A stretch of DNA of 64,000 bases from Lama guanicoe. Taxonomy: Eukaryota. The notes under the pieces were generated by a model. The model saw only the letters and a program-made list of their open reading frames with translations, made no database searches and was not told the DNA's origin. Positions 25,441 to 38,260 of the stretch are shown here, in pieces. A program made the position numbers and the translations under genes. Location of the stretch: the NCBI GenBank assembly GCA_013239625.1, contig MU054117.1, forward strand, positions 3,648,677 through 3,712,676, written 5' to 3'. Position 1 is the first letter of the stretch. Each line of letters opens with the position of its first letter.

Positions 25441-25865
25441 ACCGTTCGTTCACCAGGGCGGCGGAGAGGCCCGCCCCGTTCAGCTGTATTGTAAGCGGCA
25501 GGGCAGACGTTGTTAAGTGAAGGATTTGATGAAGAAAGAATAAAACACTTGGGGTCTGATTTTTTTTTTTTTAGTGATTATTTCCAGGGAAGAAATAGAC
25601 CATGGGCAGGGAGTTGACTTAGGAGCCAGATGCCAAGAAACTGGCAAGTGCAGCCAGTTCATCTGCCAAGGAGATGCCAACAGCTTTTGTCAACCGAGAA
25701 CATACGTCAAGACACTTACAGAAATACACACATTCACTCATTTCCTTGTGGCTTAAAAATAGGCGCACAGTCGCCCCTGACTCCCAAATGTTGGATCAAG
25801 AGCAAATTCTCTGGGTCCTTTCTGGCGACTGGACTTTGATATTCAGACTCTGGGAATTAAAAAAC

Positions 25866-26080
25866 AGGGGGAGGGACAAGTTGGGAGTTTGGGATGTGCA
25901 GATACACACTACTATATATAAAACAGGTCCTGCTGTGCAGCACAGGGAACAATAGCCAACACCTTATAATAGCCTATCATGAAAAAGAATATGAAAAGGA
26001 ATACATACGTATGGGTCGCTATGCTGTGCACCAGAAATTAATACAACACTGTAAATCGACTGTACTTCAATTAAAAAAAA
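25866..26080 (+). mobile_element. L1 3'-end fragment with poly(A)
   Basis: GGGAGTTTGGGAT..GATACACACTACTATATATAAAACAG..GCACAGGGAAC..GAAAAAGAATATG..CAACACTGTAAATCGACTGTACTTCAATTAAAAAAAA. Confidence 0.9.
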
Positions 26081-26260
26081 CCCCAGGGTTCCCTGGAGCT
26101 CAGTGTGGTCTGACTGACAGTATGAAGGGGTGAGCTCACCGGTGGCAGAGGAGACCAAGAGGAGCAAGTAGCTCTGAGTGGAGGGTCTGGAGGGCTGCTG
26201 GGGGTGAAGAGTGGGGACTGACCTGAGCCGTGAAGCATCCTTACTTTTGCAGGGGAGAGG

Positions 26261-26530
26261 GCTTAAACAACAGAAATGTATTCTGTCACAGTTCTGGAGG
26301 CTGAAAGTCTGAAATCAAGCTGTCGCCAAGCCTGCGCCCTCTCGGAAGGCTCGTGGAGAGGCCCCTTCCCGCCTCTTCCAGCGCCTGGTGGCTGCTGGCA
26401 GCCCGTGGGGCTCCCTGGCCGGAGCAGCAGGACCCCGGTCTGTGCTTGTCTCATGTGGCGGTCCCCCTCTGCGTGTCTGTCAGTGTCTAAGTTTCCCCGA
26501 TCTTGTAAAGATACCAGCCGTTGGATTAGC
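26261..26530 (-). mobile_element. MaLR LTR fragment (MLT1B/C-like)
   Basis: GGCTTAAACAACAGAAATGTATTCTGTCACAGTTCTGGAGGCTG..AGTCTGAAATCAAG..TGGTGGCTGCTGGCA..ACCAGCCGTTGGATTAG. Confidence 0.85.
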
Positions 26531-27015
26531 ACCAACGACAAATCCAGGAAGCGGCAGTGCGTTTTCTCAGTGCCGATGGCTCTTCCTCCTACCTGTGGTC
26601 ACTGATCTAATTTTAGTGTGTCTGTGCACATTCTGCTTCTCGTGAGTGACAGTTACCCAAACCGCACACTGAAGTCAGGCACGGATACACCGTAGGAGGT
26701 GGAGGGGCGTTTCCTTTATCCTGCCTGTATCTTTTCTCTGTTCCCAGAAGTGCCAAAAGCACGGTTCTTCACACTTAATAACAACCAGTTTATATCTTTC
26801 TCCCCCATGACGTGTTAAGGTTCTTATGAGAAGGAGCCACATTGTGTGTCCCTGGGTGTCCCCCCAAAACCGACAGCATCCCCCACTCAGTGCCGGCTGC
26901 CTCGTGCTGCCCGCATGGATGGATGTGCCCCTGAACAGAGGCGGGTGTGCAGGACTGGATGTCTGAGTGTCCTCGCAATTGACAATGAGACTGAAAATCA
27001 TTTTCCCTCTCGCTT

Positions 27016-27400
27016 TAAAAAATTTTTTTATTGAAATGTAGCTGATTTACCATGTTAGTTTCAGGTGCACAGCAAAGCGCTCAGTCATACGTACACATAC
27101 ATACACAGTTTCTTTTCAGGTTCTTTTCCATTGTAGGTTATTACAGGAAACTGAACACAGCTCCCTGTACTCTGCGGTAGCTCTCTGCTGTTTATCAATT
27201 TTACACAGTCCTGGGTGTCGGTTAACCCCCCGCCCCTAATTTATCCCTCCTCGCCCTCTCCCCTTTGGTAGCCATAGTTTATTTTTCTATGTCTGCGAGG
27301 CTGTTTTTGGTTTGTAAACAGAATTTGTATCATTTGTTCCAGAGCCCACGTACAAGTGATGTCATGTGATATCTGTCTTTGTCTGACTTACTTCACTCTC
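27016..27400 (-). mobile_element. L1 3'-end fragment
   Basis: TTTTTTATTGAAATGTAGCTGATTTAC..TTTCAGGTGCACAGC..CCCCTTTGGTAGCCATAGTTT..TCTGACTTACTTCACT. Confidence 0.9.
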
Positions 27401-28599
27401 TTTTCTACCTTAAAATTACAGCAGGTAAATTCAGTCAAAAGTTAATGTGGGTTTAAATAGTACCAGTCAGTTTCACTTAAACGATAATGGAGCATTTTGT
27501 GCCGTCACTTTGCGCTGACTCTGTCTGCCTGACCTGTGCTCACATCCCTTCCGTCAGCCCCCGCTCTGCGCCTCTGATGGGAGATGCCGGCGGGGTCTCT
27601 GCAGCTAGAAGGGGGCTTTGGCACGCTTTCCTCTGGACTTCTTCGGTGCTTAAAGCACTCAGCTCACACTTGAAAGGGCATTTTAAATACTCAGACACCC
27701 TTTTCGTCTTTCTTCAAATCACTCTGGACTCTAATTTCCCCCTTTTCTCTCTGTGTCACTCTTCCATGTTAGCAAATGCACATCACTCGCATCCTCCAAC
27801 AGCTGTTTAGATCCCATTTTGGCGTTTTATTTTACTATATATATTTTTGGTGTTTTGGTGTTTCAAACTGAGGATAATGGTTGCCAGGGATGTAAATGTG
27901 AACATAATTCTATCCCTTCTTTTTTGCTTGGGAATGACAATACGGGGAGAAAGTAGAAAGTATGATGTTTGTGGGGTGAGCAGGCTCAGTGAAACAAAAT
28001 CAGGTGGGACTCTGCACGTCTGAGCCACCAAGTGATGGTGCCATCCTGGACTGGTTACCAGGTCCTCCCTCTGGGGCTCGGTTTCCCATTCATTCCCAAG
28101 CTGATCTGCAGGTGTCTTTCCAGCTCTGCGGATGCCGTGCAGGGGAAACAAAGCATGACTCTTCTTGTGAAGAGTCTTGGTGCAGGCGTAGGGTCTCAGA
28201 GCATAACTGGCTTTGTGTTACCAAGGGCGGATGCCTCCCTCTGTGATTACTTAGGCCTCCCGCCTCCCGTGCCTCCCACGCTTCTTCACGATGGGAGGAG
28301 GGGGATGGAAGCGGGGAGGCTGAATCCAATACTACTTCTAGGCACTGCTTGTCACGTTTTGGGGGAGGAAGACTGAAACCGCTTTTTAAAAAATGAAACC
28401 TTTTCAATTCTTTGTGGACTTGACTTTCAGGTTTTCTGCGCCTTTTCCCGTTATTCTGGAGAAGAAGAAACTGACAGCTTCTTTTAACAGTGATGCTATG
28501 GACATTCAGTGGTGCTTAACAGAATGAATTTTGGTGATACTTACAAAGACTTGGTGATGATGTATTAGTGAGCTATCTAAGCTGAACCTAGTCAGCTAC

Positions 28600-29000
28600 A
28601 TTTATTCATTTATTAATTATTCATCCTTGGACTTCTTCCAAAAATAATATGGTGGCACCTACAATAAGAATTACATTTGCAGTAGAACTGTAAAACCACA
28701 GGTAAAAGAGCCATGTAATGAAGGAAGGGGAGATACTTGTATAAGAAAGCCGGAGTTAAAGGTCTTTATTTCAGTTGAACACAAACATTAAAAAAAATTT
28801 TTTTAATTGAAATATAGTCAGTTGCAATGTGTCAATTTCTGGTGTGCAGCATAATGTCCCAGTCATACATATATATGCATATATTTGTTTTCATATCTTT
28901 GAGGTTCCTGGCAGCCAAGGAGAGAAGGGAAATAGAACAAGTCATTTAGTGAAACAAGCTTACAATGCCTGGAGGAGATGCTATGCTGTGATACCATCTT
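28600..29000 (-). mobile_element. L4/RTE-X-like remnant, interrupted by an L1 3' fragment at ~28797-28900
   Basis: CTTCTTCCAAAAATAATATGGTGGC..TACAA and GTTCCTGGCAGCCAAGG..AAGGGAAA. The same motif recurs at ~57902. Confidence 0.4.
28797..28900 (-). mobile_element. Short L1 3'-end fragment
   Basis: TTTTAATTGAAATATAGTCAGTTGCAATGTGTCAATTTCTGGTGTGCAGC, near-identical to the start of the copy at ~49235. Confidence 0.85.
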
Positions 29001-30108
29001 TTCTCTTACATTAGATTCTACACTCATACAACCATCATCGAATAAAGCTGAAGAAACATGGATTTGTAATCATGAAGGCACTTCTATTGGAGTAAAATGA
29101 AGTAGGACATAGGTTCTTGCTTTCCTCTGGGGATGTTAATAGTTTAACCTGGATGCAGTGACAGAGCGTTAAGAGGAGGAGATAGAATTTTTACCATGTT
29201 CCTAATATTTCCTGTCTCAGAGATGAGTGGTCTCCTGCAGGCTTTTGACAGGACCTGGATAGTTTATTATCTGAGTGCCAAACATAAAAAATCCAGCTTT
29301 TTGTAGAAAAAGCAACCATAGGCATTAGCCATGGGACAGACTGTTGGCAAAGTCAGCATTCTGCTGTGCCATTAAGAAGTTTCCCTTACCCCATGGCAGA
29401 TCCACTCTGTGAGGGAGGGAAGCACCTTGCTGAATCTTTCCAACAAGGATACATTCTGACATTTAAAGTGAGGACAACTATACAGGTAGGTAACCCCCCA
29501 TGAGGCATATGTAGCGTTCCCACTTGGGGATGAAACCTGGAGTAGAAAAGTTACTTCTTGAAGCCCACGTGGTTAACTACGATGCAGCATTCCCCAAACT
29601 CACTGAACCAAAAAACTCCATTTCACTCAGAGTGTAATGATAGAACTTCAATAGGAGCTTATGAGATACAACGCATGCTCCATACTGTGGTACCAGAGAT
29701 GAATTAATCATTGTGAGAAATGATCAAATTGGATTCACATGCTTAATATACAATAAACATTGACTAATGCCGTAAAGATATGTTACAACAGTAAGACGCG
29801 ATGCATAACATAGACCGTCAGGCTTCAGAGGGCCCATGTGCTCTCCGATGCTGATTTGCAGTTGTTCCAAACCCCTTGGCTTCTCCACGTGCTTTCAGTA
29901 GGTAAGGCATGAACACAAAGCACTAAGCCAAACTGGGGTCACGGTATTGCTCATTTCCCAGGGTCCTGCCAGATTGGACCTCAGGGCATCATTTAGACTG
30001 GGGCCCAAATGGAGCATCCTCCTCTCTGCATCAGCGAACTGAGCCTGCCAGCCCCGGCCCAGGGAGAGAAGCCGTGAGCTGTCCCTTCACCTCCACGCAC
30101 AGCCCACC

Positions 30109-30480
30109 CAGGGGCTTTCTGGAGCCCACGAATGCAGTCAATTGTTAAACTTTCAGGAATTTTGCAAGCCTGTTAAACATAACCATTATTTTAAAAAATA
30201 AAATTTTATAAACTTAAAATGAAGAAAATTATATTTAAAAGGGGGATAGTCACAATTTACCACTTTTCAATTATTTAAGACATTTTATTATTGTCTATGC
30301 TCTTGAGATTACTTCTGTCTGTTATACCCACAGCGGGGAAGAACTCCACCAGCAGTGACGTCAGGTCGGAGCTTGACACTGGCCATGGCGGCAGTGTGGA
30401 CACCATGGAAACTGGCTAATGCCACAGACTCATTTTAATTTCATGAAGAGCCAGTTGTTAAACATGGGCCAGCACTGCTG
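30109..30480 (+). mobile_element. MER63B-like (hAT-Blackjack) DNA transposon
   Basis: ATTGTTAAACTTTCAGGAATTTTGC..CTATGCTCTTGAG..CAGTGACGTCA..GGCCATGG..GAGCCAGTTGTTAAACAT..CCAGCAC. Confidence 0.8.
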
Positions 30481-30729
30481 TGCCCGCCCTTCGCCAGGAC
30501 ACTTTCACTAGCTCGATTTGTTAAGAGAAATTGTGGATCACTGAGCTAAGGCATGGAGCTAGCTAGCCAGGCGGACAGCCTCTCTTTTCTGCTCAGGATT
30601 CTCTGCTCTGTTGTCTCTTTATATGATGAGAGTGACGTTTCTCCTCATGGGACACCTGTGTCATGTGTAAAGAGGATATCAGGCAGCGGCAGACTATGGT
30701 AACTGGCTGATGGAGCCACCGAATAATTA

Positions 30730-31500
30730 ATGAATTTATCCCCAAATGCTGAGGCTCTTCTGTGCCCGGCCTGATCTCAGAGCTCCTCGCTTCTAAGGGG
30801 ATTGTAGCCTGGGGGAAGCACAGAAAAGTCATCGGCGGGGGGGGGGGTTCACTAGTACACGACGAGCACTGGGGTGGGGTAATACAAGTATATAGTGGAG
30901 AGACCTCGCTAAGACTCGAGATCCAGGAAGTCTTCCTGGAAGAAGCGACTTCTAAGCTGAGGTCTGAGGGAGCAGCAAGCCTCAGCGAGACGGAGATCAA
31001 GGGAGGCCTCTGCCAGCAGAGGGAACAGCATGTGTGGAGGTCCAGCGGAGAGAGAGCACTGAGGCGCTCAGGCACCCCAGGAGGCTCCGCGCGGATGGAG
31101 GGCAGAGACCAGCAGAGGGGGCAGGAGGCAGGCCCCGGCAGGGCTGAGCCTGAGGCATTGCGTTTGATCCCAAAGGCAATGGGGAAAGAATGTTTTAAGC
31201 AGGACCACTGTAGAGCCAGCCTCATATTTTACAATTCATCTGACTCCTATTTGATAACAGACTGGAGGGACCCAAGGCTACCCGTGGAGAAACCATTTGG
31301 GGCTCTGGAACACAGACATTCAGGCAAGGTGGCCGTTTCTAAGATAAAAACTCAATTTCTTTGAGTGGATTTCTTCACCGGGGAGGCTGACAGTGACACG
31401 GTTGAGAGCAATGTCAGTGGAATGGTTGGGAATCCTGACAGCAGTGGGTTGGAGATTAACTAGGGGGCGGGGAAGTATAGACAGTGTTTGGAAGAGTCTT
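30730..31500 (-). mobile_element. L2 fragments
   Basis: ATCCAGGAAGTCTTCCTGGAAGAAG..CTAAGCTGAGGTCTGAGGGA..CAGAGGGAACAGCATGTG..GGCAATGGGGA..GTTTTAAGCAGG. Confidence 0.7.
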
Positions 31501-32408
31501 GGTGGGGAGGAGTGGGTAGAGAGAGGTCGTGTGGGGCTGGAGAGGGACGCGGACCTCCACCACCACCCGGAAGTGACTTTATTCTTTTACTTATGATGTC
31601 CCTTGTGTCCTCAATGTTCAGATGTCAGGCTAGACATGTACGTGGCCTGTGGCAGACAACCTCAGTGTCCCCCGAAGCCCCCTGACTCGGTTCTGGAATG
31701 TCCTGTCCTTCCTCTGGCCTCCTTTGAGAAGATGCTCATTTCTCAGCTCTCAATTTTATTCATCCTTGGCTCTGTGAGGACTGGGTCCATGTCCTATTCA
31801 TCGGTCTATCCCCGAGGGCACAGCAGACGTTGACTTTTTGTGGCATGACCGATTGATTAAATCACAGTTAGACAGATGATGCCATTTAGACTTAGTGTTC
31901 CTGGAGAGCATTTTCAGATGAAGAGGGGTTTGCTCGCTCTGAGGAGTCTAATTTCTGAATGTGAGTACAGCTCTTTGGAGACGCGTTTATGATTTCTTCT
32001 CGCCCACTCGTTCCCCCTCCGTCCCGTCTCTCCACTCTTCCCGCAGCTGGATGTTGAAGTGGGAAGGGCACCTATCCACCCCTTTTCTCAAGCCCCTGTT
32101 TGTCCTTCCTCCATTTCTGCTCTCCCTCCGTTTCTGGAGCGCGGTTCACCCGGCTCCGTGGACCTCAGCACCCCCCTCCGTCTGCATCCTGGGCGGCAAC
32201 CTCCGCCTGCGTTCCGAAGGCCCTCCGTCACCTGGGCGATTCCTAGCTGGCCTTCAGGACTCTGCTTAAATGTCACTTCCTTAACAGGGGCTTTCTGACC
32301 TCGGCTGGCAGACTTCGTTGCTTCCCATCTTTTTGCAGAAGCCCCTTCTGCTTTGAGGGGTCATTTATCTGTTTACAAGCCTGTCTCTTCTTCTAAATCA
32401 TGAGCTAT

Positions 32409-32573
32409 CTTTTTTTTAATTAATTTATTTTTATTTAAATTTTGCTGTGCGGGGAGGCGATTAGGTTTATCTATTTTATCTACTTTATTTTTTTAATGGG
32501 GGCCTGGGGAGCTTGAACCCGGGACCCCGTGTCTGCTACGCATGCGCTCTGCCACTGAGCTCTACCCTCCCCC
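32409..32573 (-). mobile_element. tRNA-Ala-derived SINE (Vic-1 type), older copy
   Basis: TTGAACCCGGGACCCCGTGTCTGCTACGCATGCGCTCTGCCACTGAGCTCTACCCTCCCC plus AT-rich tail, homologous to 14645-14780. Confidence 0.88.
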
Positions 32574-33149
32574 TCGTTCCTTCCTCTTCGAATCAACTCG
32601 CCATAGTGTCCATCAGATAAAAGATGTTAAATAATAATCTATAGTAAAACGAATATGTGAATGAAAACCCACTTGCTGGTGGGTCCCTGGAAAACGTCTC
32701 TGTATTTCGGGGAGACATTCTGCTCACGTTCCCCTCAACAGAAGCAGTTTGATCGCCTCCTCGGTTCCACTTAGCGATGCTCAGCTGGAAACCAACTGTC
32801 TCTTGCATATCCTGCGGTATCCCTGGTCTGCCATCCAAGCTTGAATACCTCTCTGGGGGGCACACGTGAATGCTATTTCAACACGAAACTGCTTTTGTTA
32901 CACTCCCCTACAATTAGACTCTCTATGAAATGGGGCTTGCTAAATTGGGAAGAGTTAGAGCATGTGTGGGGGCAGGAAAGAAGACTGATAGATTAGACTC
33001 AGCTCCAGCTTTCAATCACTCATGAGATCTGTTGCAGACGTGGCAGATGGTGGAATATTCTAAACAGGCTGGTGGGCAGGATCTACAGAATGCTCTGGAA
33101 CCAAGGCAGACACAATCAAACGTGCAATGCCTTGGTCAGACGTGAGGAG

Positions 33150-33690
33150 AAGTTCATTTGTTCCACCGAGAGTTATGGAGTCGGTGGCTGTTCTCAGTGC
33201 TGAAGGTCCTGCAGTGCATGGTTCAGGCCGGAAAGCCTCTGCTTGTCCGGGCGCTTATATCCTAGGGGGATGGTGTGGACAGTTACCAGTGAATTACTAA
33301 AATATGTAGATAGCATGTAGAGAATGAAATAAGGTGGAGGAGGACGAAGACGTCAGGGGACTCTAACTTTAAATAGAGGAACCAGGAAAAGCAACAGTGA
33401 GATGGTGACATTTAGATGAAGACCCGATAATGAGGCAGTGATCCACGTAGATATCTGGGGTTGAGCATTCCAGACAGAGGGAATAGCAAGTGCAAAGGGC
33501 CTGAGGCATATGAGTGTCTAGCTTGTTACGAGAACAGCAAAGAGACCAACCTCATAGGGGCAGGTCAGGGTACGTTGGATCTGGAGGTCGTTATAAGGAT
33601 GACGGCTTTTACTTTGAGTAAGACAGGAAACTATTGGAAGCTTGCAAGCCAAGGAGTAACATCTGACTTTGTTTTACAAAGACAGAAGGG
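33150..33690 (-). mobile_element. L2 fragment
   Basis: GGTGACATTTAGATGAAGACC..GAGCATTCCAGACAGAGGGAATAGCAAGTGCAAAGGGCCTGAGGCA..GGCTTTTACTTTGAGT. Confidence 0.8.
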
Positions 33691-34639
33691 AGCTCCTCTA
33701 TTTGGCAGCATTTTGAAATGAACTGGGCTTCCTAGGGGAAGGTGAGGGTGAGCAGGATGTCGGAGCTCAGGTTGTGTGTCAGTTCGCCTTCCAGTCTACC
33801 TGGGCGCCACCTTCTCCTTTTCATTCAGCACATCTTTACTAAGAATCTATTTAGTGCCAGTCACGGCACTGGGGACATGGTGACAACACGGTGGATGGAG
33901 TCTCACTTTTACAGAACTTGCAGGATGATGGGAAGACAGACGTGGGATACACTATGTGCAGTGACTTGGTGTGGGGGCTCAGAGGCATCCCCCTGGAGGA
34001 AGGGGTACCCAAGCTGAAAGCTGATGTCTGAGAAGAGGAAGAGGTAGGGGGTGGGGGAGCATTTCCCTCCGCCCATCAGCTGTCGCTCCCCATGTCCCAC
34101 CTCCCCAGCCGTAAGTAACTGCTAATCTACAGTCAGTCTCTACGGACCTACCTGTTGTAGACACTGCATATAAACAGAATCATTTTCCAAAATGGCCGGA
34201 GCACACACAGAGGTTTTGCACACTCGGGACCCAGGACGAGCCGGAGCGCGGAGGTCACACTGGGCCAGAGGCGCCTCCTTCCTGGTGCCTCTTGAGACTG
34301 GTTGCAGAGCAGGCTGAGCAGCCTTGGCACTGCTCCCATCAGGGCTGGCCTCTTTAGCCAAGGTGAGGGTGCGCTGAGATGCTGGGGAAGGTGGGAGTGA
34401 GAGGGTGACGGGGAGAGCGCTGGAGCCCAGCGGCAGGGCATGTAGACAGTGCCCGAGGGCGGGCGGTCGGGCCCTGCTCTGTAAGGGGTTCCCTCACCTG
34501 GATAGTGGGGCGTTCGACCAGAGTCTCTCAATTCAAGCTCACTGCCTCTGAGTCACCCCAAAAGGACCAATGCTGGGAAGTGCTCTAAAGCTCAAGACGG
34601 TTTTTAGGTGGGGTGAAGGAGGACGAGAGGAAAGGGCTT

Positions 34640-34928
34640 CCCTCCCCCCACTTCCTTCCTCCCTTCTTTCCTCCCTCTCTTCCTTCCATCCTTCCTTCCT
34701 CCCTTCCTTCCCTCTTTCCTTCCTTCCTTCCTCCCTCCCTCCCTTCCTCCCTTCTTTCCTTCCTCTCTTTCTTCTATCCTTCCTTCCTTCTTTCCTTCCT
34801 CCCTTCCTTCCTTCCCTCCTTCCTTCCTCCATTTCTTCCATCCTTCCTTCCCTCTTTCCTTCCTTCCTTCCTCCCTCCCTCCCTTCCTTCCCTCCTTCCT
34901 TCCTCCGTTTCTTCCATCCTTCCTTCCT
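34640..34928. repeat. (TTCC/TCCC)n low-complexity polypyrimidine tract
   Basis: ~290 nt, almost only C/T on the + strand. Confidence 0.97.
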
Positions 34929-37900
34929 GGCCACGTGGAGCGCACCATGACGGCATGATGAGTCAGGAGCCAGCAGAGACGACTGATGTCTCCCAGGTGT
35001 CTTGGAGAGTCAGGGGTCTGTGACATTTTCAGAGGAGGAACATATAGCTACAAACAGAGGCGCTGATTGGAGATCAGGGATGTATAGACGGTAATGCTGT
35101 TTGAAGAGCGAAAACCACAGAAAGCTCAATCCAGTGTGAAGTCCCTCTTCAACTCAGGAGAGCTGAAAATGGCATTTCATTGACTGGACCCTTTTCAGGT
35201 TCTTAATCTTTTTTTCAAGTCCACAGGAATTTTTAAGCAACACATGGTCCTTACTCGTTGGCATCTCCACTTCATGTTTGCAGAGTGAAAAGTCAGAGGG
35301 CATCTTGATTAAGAGAGGTGGGGTGGGGAGAGGGTAAAATAGACTTGCTCCACATAGACAACCAGCCTGAGACAATCATCCTAATGGATTCGGGGCCACG
35401 GGCTTCGATCCCGGCGGTGGCCGGAGCGCCGAATCACTGCAGCACGCCAGGCATCGCCGACACATCACTGGTGGGGCTGCTTATTCTGAATTTCCTTTAT
35501 TGTACGTTATCCTCTCGCATTCGTGGAATGAGTGTGGTGGACAGAACGGCTGGGATGGAGGACGGCAGAAGGTGGACACGTGCACCTGTGAGTGGGGGAT
35601 TTTGCGAAGACTGAGGATGGTTGGACGTGGGGGGATGTCCTCTCCCCCATTTATCTCAGGTCAACTCGGCTAGTCCCTATCTGCACTCAGGACTGAAAAC
35701 AGACTTGGGCAACCTTGGTCTTGATACTGCGTGAAAAGATGTTCTGGGATTAAAGTATCAGATTTGGTTCTCGGTGGATATAATGGAACATAGAAGTCTC
35801 AGCTTTCCTCTGTGCTCTACCTACATATGATTTGGTTGTTCTGAAAAGTCCTTTATAATGACCCACATGGCCAAACGGTGGCCAAACCCCCACCTTGTGC
35901 TGTGTAGAGGGGACTTCTATGAGATGTTCCTCTGTATCCCCGCCTATGAGAAGGCAAAACTCTCAGCCGGGCTGCTCTGCCCAGTGGCTGAGGGACTCTG
36001 GGGTCCGCAGTGCAGTCTCTCCTCTCTGGGCAGTGGCTGCCGGTGGCGGAGTTGCAGGTCCAGCCTGGAGTGTGGGCAGATGCCCTGATGGGACAGGCTG
36101 GGGACAATGAGGGGAGACTGGTGTCAGGGAAGAGAGAAGGGAGAAGCGAGAGCGTGTAACGGGGCGGGAGAGACTTTCTTCCTGTGTTAGGGCCTCAACA
36201 GATGAGATGACGGTGAGTTTTTCGTAAACTCCTTCAAAATGCATCTTCCCAGCGGGAGATTTTGTGCTTTGATTTTTCTGAGGCAGCGTAAGCATCCTGC
36301 CCTCCTCCTAAAATCCGGACCGGATGAGCACCCTTCAGCCACTAAGCATCTCATTGAAACCGCTCACTCACCGCAGGAAGGAGACACCCGCACACCCTCA
36401 ATTGTTCTGTTCGGGTGGTGGGATTATGAGTCTTTTTCTTAAACTTTATGTGCTGTTGAAATACTATATTAAAGTAGAAATTAATCTATAAAAACAAAAC
36501 CTTCAGTTTTCCCAAAGCTCATTAAGGCTAAAGAGTCATCATTACCGAATGACAGTGGAAACATACTGTTTGGTGATTAACTTGTAAATGAAGTGAAAAC
36601 ACAGGGATTAATTTTTCTCACCAGGGAAGTGAATGCAAATTTATTTTCTGCTTGGCCGAAAATAATATATTTGCAAAATTATTTTTTAAAAAGAAAAAGA
36701 GCTTCATCAAGTGAATGCCAATGGATCTGGGGCTTGGGAAGAAATTCGCATAAAACTGGGGTTTACACCTGGAACCGCCCTGTGTTTGGATTTGGAAATT
36801 GATTTCCCTGAAAAAGGGGAAGAGGTGTGATCATTCGCGAGGCTGGAACACGTACGCCGAACAGTCGAACTTCATTAAGTAGCTTAGCCTTTGGGTTAAG
36901 ACATAAAATGTGGGACATTTAAGGAGGGAAGATTTGAGTTCAATCCAGAAAGATATTTCTGTGTGTGTAACAATGATAAGAAGTTAGTCTAAGTTCCTGA
37001 AGAAAGGTTGAGAACCACAGCTCATGGGAAAACTTTGATGCAGTGAAGCAGTGGCCACGTGTCTGGGATGGTGAGGATGGCCCTGAACCCAGAGCGAGGT
37101 TCTGTGCTCTCATCTTACCCTTCACATAGTCCATGGGATGATTTAAATATTGCTCTTTTTGTAACATTCACCCTTTGCTTTTCATCCGCTCACCTCACCC
37201 ACTATCCATCCACACCCATTAGTGACATTTAAACAGTGGCTGCCCCTCCGCCTGCTTCCTTCCTGCCTCTCCCGTCCCCATCTTTTGTCCTCAAAGGATC
37301 ACTGACTGTTGTGGCATCTTTCCAGGACCAAGGCTCACACCAAACACCTCCTGGTGATGGTGACCCACCAAGGGCATAAACAAGGTCTCATCGCTCTTCT
37401 AACCAGTGTGATTGATGCCTTGGCTCAGGAAGCTTCGCGAGTCACATTAGCATTGGGTTTTGCCACCTTATTGGACTGCAGTGCTGTAGCTCACTGCTGA
37501 CCAGCTTCCTTTGCTGACAAGGATCCTCATCCTTGGATCTTTCTTGATGTTCCTCCAAATCTCCCCTGCCGCCTGCCAAAAAGTTCTGTGACGGAGATGA
37601 TTATGTCCCTTGGAAAGTGTTTTCTGGATGGATTTGATTTTTGTGGTCTTTGCCCTGCGTTTGTTACAGAGAAGAAGGAAGTAATTTGATGTCATTTCTC
37701 TGCAAAGTTTTAATGAAAAAGAAAGGAGAATGTAGGCTTTTCTTCCTTTTTCTTCCCCACCCTCTACCCAGCCTTCCATCTTCCACTTCCAGCCAGGGGT
37801 TTATGTCCAAACATCCTGGGCACGGTATTTTCTTTACAAAATAACTATTTCATGACCACAGGCGGTACCCTTCCCCAGGCCAACCGTCATGCAGTGGTTT

Positions 37901-38051
37901 TTGGTTGCTTTTTTTAGCAAAAGTTAGAGAATTCGAACGCTTCCATATGAGCTTCTCCCTTAGACAAGCTTGTCTCAAGTGTCTTCTTGTTGGTGGCTCA
38001 CTTGCATCATGTTTCCTGATGGGTTATTTTTTCCTTAATTCTACTATTTAA

Positions 38052-38260
38052 GAGTTCAGGCTTTGAAGTCAGTCCAAACTGGGTCCTCCTCTCACTCTAA
38101 CACTCACTCTCGGACCTTAAGTGAGCGACCTAACCTCTCTATGCATCTGTTGACTCACCTGTAAAGTGAGGTTAATGATAATATTGACCATAGAGGATTC
38201 TCTTGAGGATCAAACGAGGTAAATTACTCAACACAGTGCCTAGCATGAGTCATCCCATGA
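38052..38260 (+). mobile_element. MIR
   Basis: GGCTTTGAAGTCAG..ACCTTAAGTGAGCGACCTAACCTCTCT..CACCTGTAAAGTGAGGTTAATGATA..ACAGTGCCTAGCA. Confidence 0.8.

Noticed and set aside
30593..31364. Overlapping 210-aa and 200-aa ORFs
   Set aside because: They lie on decayed L2 sequence and have no protein-like features.
34539..35026. ORFs with EGRK / PSFL repeats, and the HPSI-type ORFs at 58310-58611
   Set aside because: Translations of simple repeats.
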